A stretch of 32,000 nt of DNA from Methanopyrus kandleri AV19 (GTDB lineage: Archaea > JAADCQ01 > Methanopyri > Methanopyrales > Methanopyraceae): the NCBI RefSeq assembly GCF_000007185.1, contig NC_003551.1:690001-722000 (forward strand). Reading direction: 5' to 3'. This document shows, piece by piece, positions 23,877-30,848 of this stretch; positions within the stretch are counted from its first letter, which is position 1; the number at the start of each line of letters is the position of its first letter. The notes beneath the pieces are model-generated. The model was not told where the DNA came from. It saw nothing but the letters and a program-made list of their open reading frames with translations, and searched no databases. The position numbers were made by a program, and so were the translations under genes.

Positions 23877-24947
23877 TCACCCCACGGAGATCCAGAGTGC
23901 CACGGCGGCGAACACCGCTCCGGCGGTCCAATGGAGCGCCACAACCACGGGTTCGGGTAGGTCGTACTTGTACTGGATATGGTGGTGGAGAGGTTCCACA
24001 GCCAACCGGATCACGCCGGCTCGGTGAAGCAAGCTGATGAGCGTGGACAGTACTGGGACTCCTAAGGCGATCATAGCAGGTATCTCGATCTTGTAATATA
24101 GTGCTCCTGCCGCGTAAGCCGCCCCTAAGAAGCAACTCCCCGTGTCTCCCATGAAGATCTTAGCCGGGTATCTGTTATGGAACAGGAAACCCAGGGACGC
24201 TCCGGCAAGTGATGCGAAGAAGGCAGCACCCGGAAGCTGGCCCTGTCCCAGGCATACGCCGGAGCAAGCCAGTGAGGCCAGGAACAGCAGCCCGGCGGCC
24301 AGACCGTCCATCCCGTCGATGAGGTTCACGGCGTTGGTAGCGCCGACAATTCCGAACACCGCGACCGGATAGAAAAGGTACGAGAGGTTCCAAACGCCGA
24401 CCTTGGGTATCCAGAGCCATGTGGCGGGGACGATAGGAAGAACGAAGAGGGCGGCGCCAGTCTGTAGTGCGAGTTTCTCACGTTCACTCAATTCTTTCTT
24501 GATAGGCACCTCACCGACGATCTCGATGGCATCCGGGTCCTCTTCGAGTATCCTCTTCAGATCACGTTTCGCTTTCTCCGTGGCTACACGTGCCTCCTCG
24601 CCCGGTTGTAGTATGAGTCTTCCCAGCTCGATCGGTCGATTCGAGACGTTCCGTACGACCTTCTGGAACTCTTCCACCTGCAATCCGAGCAGGTCGTCCA
24701 CTATTCCTAGCACCATCATGGGGAGCGCTGAAGCTATAGGAGGGAGCGCCTGGATGGAAGCTAGGAGGGGGCCGGACGCCGTTCCCAGTAAGATCCCCAG
24801 ACCTCCCATGATGGGCATGCCGGACTTATGCGCGTGTTCCGTTACGATCGGGCGGTCTACCACGTTAGCTTCCCGCATGTACTTGCGGAGTAATCCAACC
24901 GTTACGGCCGAGGTTACTGTGGAGAGTGTAAACGTCTCGATGATCAT
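23877..24947 (-). CDS. MraY/WecA-family (GT4) polyprenyl-phosphate sugar-1-phosphate transferase
   Basis: 356 aa, multi-TM. Motifs GIVDDLLGL (DD), NAVNLIDGMDGLAAG and FMGDTGSCFLG. GGGGAG precedes the ATG. Confidence 0.85.
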   Translation of the reverse strand: MIIETFTLSTVTSAVTVGLLRKYMREANVVDRPIVTEHAHKSGMPIMGGLGILLGTASGPLLASIQALPPIASALPMMVLGIVDDLLGLQVEEFQKVVRNVSNRPIELGRLILQPGEEARVATEKAKRDLKRILEEDPDAIEIVGEVPIKKELSEREKLALQTGAALFVLPIVPATWLWIPKVGVWNLSYLFYPVAVFGIVGATNAVNLIDGMDGLAAGLLFLASLACSGVCLGQGQLPGAAFFASLAGASLGFLFHNRYPAKIFMGDTGSCFLGAAYAAGALYYKIEIPAMIALGVPVLSTLISLLHRAGVIRLAVEPLHHHIQYKYDLPEPVVVALHWTAGAVFAAVALWISVG

Positions 24948-24963
24948 CGTCCGCTCCCCACGG

Positions 24964-26103
24964 TCATAAGTACTCCTCGATTTCCCTCAGCCTCCGTCGA
25001 TACTCACGTTCGGCCCGCTTCACGTCCGCTCCTGCAGCCTTGAGCGCTGAGCGGAGCCTCGTGAGGGCTTCTTTAAAAGAGTCCCCCCTCACGGTGACAC
25101 GACCACCTACGTCGAAGCGTCCATAGTACTCGTAGAACACGTGGTACACTCCGCCGTCGAACATCTCACGCAGGGGATCCTTGTCCGTAGGGCGCCAAAC
25201 GGGACACTCGATGGCGCACCATAATTTCCTTATCTTCGGTGGCCTCCATCGATCGGCCGCCATATCGACCAGCTCACGGAGCGGCCATATTCCCGTGCAT
25301 CCGGACGTCATGTACCTGGTGCCGCTGGGTCTCGGGTTGAACTCGAGGAACCAGAACTCGTTCTCCCGGACTACCACGTCGAAGTCCACGTTGCCCTCCA
25401 GTCCCAGATGTTCCACGACTCTTACCGCGCACCTTCTTATCTTGCGCTCCACGGACGGGTCGATCGGGGCCGGGCTCATCCGCATACGATCGATCGGATG
25501 ACGACGGTCCGCCGTGGATCCTTTGAACACCGGAACCAGCGGCACCACCTCACCGTCCCAGGATAGAACTTCGATCGAAACTTCCGCACCTTCGATGAAC
25601 TCCTCTACCAGCTTACGTCCCGATACTCTCGGCTTGTGCGTCTCGTGGACCGTGACTCCGAGCCCCGCCTGTGACCGTGGATCCTTCACGACTACCGGTG
25701 GACTGATCGATGGCCTTTCGTTCTCGACGACTTCCCATTCAGGCGTCGGTACGTTCAGTTCTTCGAAGGCGCGTTTCGTTCTCACTTTATCGATCCCGAT
25801 TTCAACGCTCTCGCGATCAGACGCCACAACCCGGATACCTTCGGCTTCCAGCTCTTCTTTCATCTCCCCCACTGCCGGTAGCGGATCGTCTACACCGATG
25901 AGTGGTACTACACCGTCTACGTGCCGCTCGCGGGCGATTCTCGTGGGATGTTCCATACCGCGCGGTACGAAGTGCACCTCATCCGCCAGCTCCCAGTCCC
26001 TGCTCCTCGGGTTCGACTCGGTGAGTATACGGTACACTCCCGTGGAGCCGGCGTACTCCGCCACGTCCCGGAGTAGCCTCGCGCCGACGAAGAGTACCTT
26101 CAC
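24964..26103 (-). CDS. ATP-grasp ligase (carbamoyl-phosphate-synthase-like / Ddl-analogous)
   Basis: 379 aa. Pre-ATP-grasp Rossmann-like N-terminus, then KVRTKRAFEELNVPTPEW, VVVKDPRSQAGLGV, EEFIEGAEVSIEV and FLEFNPRPSG. A GTGA overlap joins it to the upstream Mur ligase. Confidence 0.8.
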   Translation of the reverse strand: MKVLFVGARLLRDVAEYAGSTGVYRILTESNPRSRDWELADEVHFVPRGMEHPTRIARERHVDGVVPLIGVDDPLPAVGEMKEELEAEGIRVVASDRESVEIGIDKVRTKRAFEELNVPTPEWEVVENERPSISPPVVVKDPRSQAGLGVTVHETHKPRVSGRKLVEEFIEGAEVSIEVLSWDGEVVPLVPVFKGSTADRRHPIDRMRMSPAPIDPSVERKIRRCAVRVVEHLGLEGNVDFDVVVRENEFWFLEFNPRPSGTRYMTSGCTGIWPLRELVDMAADRWRPPKIRKLWCAIECPVWRPTDKDPLREMFDGGVYHVFYEYYGRFDVGGRVTVRGDSFKEALTRLRSALKAAGADVKRAEREYRRRLREIEEYL

Positions 26104-27638
26104 CTTTCGTCCCCCAGCACTCGCTCGACTTCTTCAGAGATCTCTTCCCGGTACTTCAGCGGAGCCTCTCCGAACAACACTACCACTTCGCAGTCCGAGC
26201 GGAGCGCCTCCTTGAGACCGTCCAACACCTGCTCCCGAGAGGCACCCAGTGTACCCTTCTTCTCGAACGGCTTGGTGGCGCTCTCCGCTGCGATCACGTT
26301 GTCGGCGTCGACGCGGTCCATGACTTCGTACGCCGCGTACGATGCCACCACCACTAGGTCGGCGAGATCCGCAGCTCTTCTGAGTATCTCTTCGTCTCCT
26401 TCCGGTCCCAGCTCCGAAGCTACGGCGATTACCGCGCAGACGCGCCGCTCCCGGTAAGCCTCCTTCACGCATCTCAACGTCGCGTCCACGCCGGCGGGAT
26501 TATGGCCGTAGTCTAAGATCACGACTCGCTCGCCGTCGTCCCAGAGTACTTCTAACCTGCCCTCGACTCCTTCGAAGGACTGTAGCGCCTCTACCACGTC
26601 CTCCACATCAAGTCCCAAGAACTCGGAGCAGACGGCTATCGCCGCGAGGGCGTTGTAAGCGTTGTGGAGCCCCATCACGGGTAGTCGAACCTCGTACTCC
26701 CCATCGGGACAGATCAGTCGGAACCCGGACAAGTCAACGTCCGTAGCTAGGTAGTCCGGCTCGGGAGATCGCAGGCCACACTCCCGGCACTTGAAGGGAC
26801 CGACCCAAGGGAGGATCTCATGGACTTCAACGTGTCCGCCGCACCAGCACTCTTTTTCCGAGGTATCGAACGGTTCCACGTCCAACCCGTAGTACACGAT
26901 ATCGCCGTTGAAATCCACCACCTCGGGGGCACCAACTACCAACGGGTCTTGAGCGTTCAGCACGGCTAGCTCGATGGTGTCCGGCTCCAACAGTTCGGCC
27001 TCACATCTGGCGTACGTCAGGAAATCGCCCGCCTCGTTCAGATGGTCCGGGGTGATGTTGGTAACGCAGACGCACTCCACCTGGGATAACTCCGCGGCTT
27101 CCAGGATCTCCCCTCTCTTCCCGAAAGTTGCTATCTCTAAGACGCTGACGTCCCCTGGGAGACGCGCCTGAAGTGGGGGGAGTAATCCGACGTTCCCTTG
27201 CATGCCCGGCAAACCGTGGTGCGGGGCCTCGAGCCCGAGTTGCTCGCACACGTGCCTGATCATCGCCACAGTCGTGGTCTTCCCGTTGGTCCCACCGACT
27301 CCGATCACCGGTCGTGTGGGCGGTAACATGTCGAGGAGCTCCTTCACTTCCACGATTTCGCAGCCGTGATCCTCGGCCAGTCGGTACGGCTTAGCATCGC
27401 GTGATAGGCTCGGAGGAGGTACCACAACTTCGGCTCGTTCGAAGATCTCGGGTGGGTGGCCTCCCAATACGAGCTCCACGTTACTGTATTCGAGAAGCGT
27501 CTCGGCGAACTCGCACTCATCCCGGAGATCCGACGCGATCACATCGTATCCGCGCTCCGCGAGGACCCGGGCCGCTAGATTGCATACGGGCCCACAGACC
27601 CCGATCACGAGAACGGTCGACCAGGGAAGTTCGGCCAA
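26100..27638 (-). CDS. Mur-ligase-family enzyme with MurC/D-like Rossmann N-domain and a MurT-type Cys4 ribbon insertion
   Basis: 512 aa. VLVIGVCGPVCNLAARVLAERGYDV (N-domain). GVGGTNGKTTT (P-loop). VTNITPDHLN. LNAQDP followed by ECWCGG-x17-CRECGLRSPEPDY. LDYGHNPAG. Confidence 0.85.
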   Translation of the reverse strand: MAELPWSTVLVIGVCGPVCNLAARVLAERGYDVIASDLRDECEFAETLLEYSNVELVLGGHPPEIFERAEVVVPPPSLSRDAKPYRLAEDHGCEIVEVKELLDMLPPTRPVIGVGGTNGKTTTVAMIRHVCEQLGLEAPHHGLPGMQGNVGLLPPLQARLPGDVSVLEIATFGKRGEILEAAELSQVECVCVTNITPDHLNEAGDFLTYARCEAELLEPDTIELAVLNAQDPLVVGAPEVVDFNGDIVYYGLDVEPFDTSEKECWCGGHVEVHEILPWVGPFKCRECGLRSPEPDYLATDVDLSGFRLICPDGEYEVRLPVMGLHNAYNALAAIAVCSEFLGLDVEDVVEALQSFEGVEGRLEVLWDDGERVVILDYGHNPAGVDATLRCVKEAYRERRVCAVIAVASELGPEGDEEILRRAADLADLVVVASYAAYEVMDRVDADNVIAAESATKPFEKKGTLGASREQVLDGLKEALRSDCEVVVLFGEAPLKYREEISEEVERVLGDER

Positions 27639-27690
27639 CCGCGCACCCCGCCGAGGGGCTGGGGACGCGGTGAGTTGAACCTGTCGGGGA

Positions 27691-28695
27691 TCACGGCCGC
27701 GCTCCCGGTATCGTTCGGCCGTACTCGGCCAGTATCGACCTCATGAGCTTTTTAACGTCGCGAAGAAGGCGTTCGGCTTCCTCCCTGTCACCGGTCGCTA
27801 ACCGTACGAACGCTTCGATATCGAGGTGTTCCACCCGGTCGTCGATCTTTCCGTACTCCGACATTACGAAGTACAGTTGCGTGAACCTCTCCCTCCGCTC
27901 GACCCTGTTGAGGGTTCCGCGTACCAGCGACCTCAGGGCTTGACGTGCGTACATGAGCAGCCGGTACGTGAGGTCTCGGATGATTTCATCCTCATCTCTC
28001 GGTCCGTCCGGGATACCGTTTGGGAACGCTGCTTTCTCTTCCAACCCCAAGATATCCAGCACGCGTTCCGGATCCTCCTCTGGGGTCTCCGTCTCCCGGA
28101 GGTACGCTAGGGCCTCTTGAGGTGTTGCCACACCTTCCAGCATGATGGTACATGCGCGACCTGTCAGAGGGTTGTACCCGACCTCCTCTATGAACCTGTG
28201 CACGCCGTACGGACGGATCGGACACGTGTACTCGGGATTGAACCAGCCCAGACTGCTCACGATATCGCGGATGTCTTCCCACGTCCACCGACGGAGTGCC
28301 GGGTACCGGACCACGGTGACTCCTGGAGGGTAGGGGTGGGTAGTGCGTCTCCCGAACTTCCCGCGGAGCTCGTGACCGGTGAGGACTGTTGCGCATCCTA
28401 GTTCACGGGCGCGAAGGCACGCGGCGGTTAGGACGCTTCTACCACACTTCGTACATATCGGGCGTCCTTCCTTCAGAGCCCGCGCGAACCATTCTCGAAG
28501 TCGTAGCTTGACCACCTCGTGATCCACGCCGACGTGTTCCGCGGCTTTCCGGGCGTTCTCTAAACATGTCTTATCGGTGAACTCGTGGACTACTGTTACG
28601 GCTACCTTAACATTCCACCTATCGGCGGCGTCTATCAGCGTGGCTACACTGTCCTTACCGCCGGAAAGTGCTATGCTGGAGGGAGGGCTAGTCAT
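27691..28695 (-). CDS. PP-loop (N-type ATP pyrophosphatase) superfamily enzyme with an uncharacterised C-terminal helical half
   Basis: 334 aa. SGGKDS PP-loop at res 10-15. RPICTKCGRSVL...LGCATVLTGHEL resembles the TilS/TtcA/Ncs6-type core. Res ~190-334 match nothing I recognise. The ATG overlaps the gltX stop by 8 nt (ATGACTAG). Confidence 0.7.
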   Translation of the reverse strand: MTSPPSSIALSGGKDSVATLIDAADRWNVKVAVTVVHEFTDKTCLENARKAAEHVGVDHEVVKLRLREWFARALKEGRPICTKCGRSVLTAACLRARELGCATVLTGHELRGKFGRRTTHPYPPGVTVVRYPALRRWTWEDIRDIVSSLGWFNPEYTCPIRPYGVHRFIEEVGYNPLTGRACTIMLEGVATPQEALAYLRETETPEEDPERVLDILGLEEKAAFPNGIPDGPRDEDEIIRDLTYRLLMYARQALRSLVRGTLNRVERRERFTQLYFVMSEYGKIDDRVEHLDIEAFVRLATGDREEAERLLRDVKKLMRSILAEYGRTIPGARP

Positions 28696-30403
28696 GCGCG
28701 TACACAGCCCTTACCCCACCGCTGGAGACCTCTTCGAGTCGCACGAAGTACAGCCGTTCGAACTGGACGGTGCTGCCGGCCTGTTCGCGCTCGACGTTAA
28801 TTTCGGCGTATCCACTCTCAACGCTACCGTCCGGGCGGACGACCTCGCACCGTACTGCCTGGTCGGGCGGTACCCAGTGGACGATTTGAGCACCTTCCTC
28901 TTTCGCGATTCGGTAGTCGTCGCTGTGATACCTGCCTCGCAACCATCCGTCTCCGACTTCCTCGATCTCGACGTTGACGGCGTTCATCAGCCGAACTACG
29001 TCGCCCTCCCACAGGTCTTCTGCGTCTTCACCGTCCAACAGTGCTCGGGCCACGCCGTTCTCAGGATGTAGAATTAAGACCCTCTCTCCCTCATCCCGAT
29101 CGGGGTGTAGAGGCAGTCGGGCCAGGACCGACTCCTTCATCCCTTCGATCCGTAATTCGACAGGATCACGGACGAAGAAGTACCGGTGAGACTCAGGGTC
29201 GATCATCTTACGGTTCCGAGCGTAAAGATGCTCCCAGCTGAACGTCGCGTCCACGTCGGTCAGGCCGATCTCGAGGATAGTCTCACGTATTGCTTCCGGC
29301 TTAATACCCCGGCGTCGGAGGGCGCGTAAGGTAGCCACTCGGACGTCGTCCCACCCTGTGTACTCTCCTGAATCGATTCCACGGCGGATCTCGGAAGTGC
29401 TTAGCACGGCACCTTCAACCTTCAGAATCCCGTAGTGAACGTATTCCGGAGTGTCCCACCCCAGATGCTCGAACACGTACTTCTGACGCCGTGTGTTGGA
29501 CTCATGATCCTTCCCACGAAGTACGTGCGTGATGTTCATGAGATGGTCGTCCACAGCGACGGCGAAGTTCATCGTCGGCCACACAAGGTACCGAGAACCC
29601 GTCATCGGGTGCTCTTCTTCGACGATCCTGAACGCTATCCACTCCCTCACCGCGGGATCCGGGTGATCAACTTCGGTCTTGACACGTACGACGGCTTCTC
29701 CTTCTGAGAAAGTACCGTCCAACATCTCCTCCCAGAGCTCGAGGTTCTCCTCCTTATCCCGAGAGCGGCACGGGCAGGCTCGCCCCACGTCGCGGAGTCT
29801 CCGGAACTCGTCTGGATCACAGGTACAAACGTACGCCCCTTCCCGCTCCAGCAGCTCCTCGCAAACCATGTAATACAGTTCTATCCTGTTAGACTGCACG
29901 TACCGTTCGTCGATGTTGACTCCGAGCCACTCCAGATCCTCTTCGATCATGTCGTAGGCCTCAGGGTCCACGCGACGCGGGTCGGTGTCTTCAATGCGGA
30001 GGACTAAGGTGCCGTCGTACCTTCTAGCGTATTCGTCGTTAAGTACTGCGGCACGGGCGTGACCTATGTGGAGGGGACCCGAAGGGTTCGGTGCGAACCG
30101 AAGGCGAACGTTCCCCGGTTCAGCTCCGGGAAGGGGTTTGAGCCCTTCTTTGTCCCGGGCTACGTCTTCGCGCGGTCCTCCGAGTTCTTCCAGCTCGCGT
30201 CTGATTTCCTCTCCGGACATCTTGTTAACTTCGCGGACCACCTCTCTGACGGTCTTCAGGACTTCTTTCGCCCTAGGACGTAGCTCTTCGTGTTCCTTCA
30301 TGATCTTCTTCATCACCGCGTTGGGATTCGCCCTCCCACCGTATCGGGCCGCGTTCTCCAGAGCGTACCTGCGGACGAGATCTCGAAGTTCCTTCTCCTC
30401 CAC
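28688..30403 (-). CDS. gltX: Glutamyl-tRNA synthetase (archaeal type)
   Basis: 571 aa. Class I HIGH motif (PSGPLHIGHARAA). RIEDTDPRR. Archaeal/eukaryal-type anticodon-binding C-terminus. GTG start preceded by GGGGAG. Confidence 0.9.
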   Translation of the reverse strand: MEEKELRDLVRRYALENAARYGGRANPNAVMKKIMKEHEELRPRAKEVLKTVREVVREVNKMSGEEIRRELEELGGPREDVARDKEGLKPLPGAEPGNVRLRFAPNPSGPLHIGHARAAVLNDEYARRYDGTLVLRIEDTDPRRVDPEAYDMIEEDLEWLGVNIDERYVQSNRIELYYMVCEELLEREGAYVCTCDPDEFRRLRDVGRACPCRSRDKEENLELWEEMLDGTFSEGEAVVRVKTEVDHPDPAVREWIAFRIVEEEHPMTGSRYLVWPTMNFAVAVDDHLMNITHVLRGKDHESNTRRQKYVFEHLGWDTPEYVHYGILKVEGAVLSTSEIRRGIDSGEYTGWDDVRVATLRALRRRGIKPEAIRETILEIGLTDVDATFSWEHLYARNRKMIDPESHRYFFVRDPVELRIEGMKESVLARLPLHPDRDEGERVLILHPENGVARALLDGEDAEDLWEGDVVRLMNAVNVEIEEVGDGWLRGRYHSDDYRIAKEEGAQIVHWVPPDQAVRCEVVRPDGSVESGYAEINVEREQAGSTVQFERLYFVRLEEVSSGGVRAVYAHD

Positions 30404-30610
30404 GGTCCATTCTCCCCGAGATAATCAGTGAGGGGGTGTCCCCCGTCCTCCGGCCCCGGGATCATCGACAGGCGACGGCCTTCTCCCCCGGGGGACCCAG
30501 ACGGGAGTCATCTTTTGCGAAGTCTGGCCCCGGACGCCGCCGACTCATTAGCCCCTTAATTACGTTCTCCCCGCTACGGAGAGGCGCAGTACCGGGCCCG
30601 ACCCAGACCC

Positions 30611-30626
30611 GAAATTTCTATATAGA
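30611..30626 (+). promoter_or_regulatory. BRE/TATA promoter of tRNA-Lys
   Basis: GAAATTTCTATATAGA contains a purine-rich BRE-like GAAA plus TTTCTATATA. It is centred about 30 nt upstream of tRNA position 1, the canonical archaeal spacing. Confidence 0.55.
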
Positions 30627-30652
30627 TCCTCGAGGGTAGTTCGGTTCGGGTC

Positions 30653-30730
30653 GGGCCGGCAGCTCAGTCTGGCTAGAGCGCGGGACTTTTAATCCCGTGG
30701 TCCCGGGTTCAAATCCCGGCCGGCCCACCA
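30653..30730 (+). tRNA. tRNA-Lys (anticodon UUU), CCA encoded
   Basis: Folded by hand. Acceptor GGGCCGG/CCGGCCC. D-stem GCTC/GAGC with a GG loop. Anticodon stem CGGGA/TCCCG with loop CTTTTAA. V-loop TGGTC. T-arm CCGGG-TTCAAAT-CCCGG. Discriminator A plus CCA. Position 8 is C. Confidence 0.9.
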
Positions 30731-30737
30731 AAATGCT

Positions 30738-30825
30738 CAATTGTTATGAAGATCATAACATTCGAACGGTTCGGGGTAAACCTTGTGTGGGTCGAGTTCA
30801 ATCGTTACGATTTCCATAACAATTG
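30738..30825. repeat. AT-rich spacer with nested inverted repeats built on GTTATG/CATAAC
   Basis: The local hairpin TGTTATGA-AGA-TCATAACA (30742-30760) has 8 bp. An 11-nt long-range inverted repeat pairs CAATTGTTATG (30738-30748) with CATAACAATTG (30815-30825). Confidence 0.5.
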
Positions 30826-30848
30826 GGTTGGAGGAAGGAGTTGACACA

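Noticed and set aside
24403-24969. 188-aa plus-strand ORF antisense to the MraY-like gene
   Set aside because: It is Ser-rich and low in complexity, and lies opposite a gene with the canonical GT4 motifs.
25514-26215. 233-aa plus-strand ORF antisense to the ATP-grasp and Mur-ligase genes
   Set aside because: It is a Ser/Thr/Pro-rich shadow ORF crossing a gene junction on the other strand.
30415-30475. Possible C/D-box sRNA on the minus strand (UCGAUGA ... CUGA)
   Set aside because: The C box is imperfect (C instead of U at position 2). There are no C'/D' boxes and no terminal stem. The 44-nt box-to-box length is too short for a dual-guide archaeal sRNA, and it sits in the likely gltX 5' leader.
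30436-30639. 67-aa ORF in the gltX/tRNA-Lys spacer
   Set aside because: The product is P/R/S/G-rich (MSPVLRPRDHRQATAFSPGGPRRE...), there is no ribosome-binding site, and it runs into the tRNA promoter. I treat the region as non-coding.
30404-30652. SRP RNA or RNase P RNA in the long GC-rich spacer
   Set aside because: The conserved SRP helix-8 string (CAGGCCCGGAAGGGAGCA-like) is absent on both strands, as is the RNase P GGAAAGUCC-type core. At 249 nt the region is also too short for RNase P RNA.
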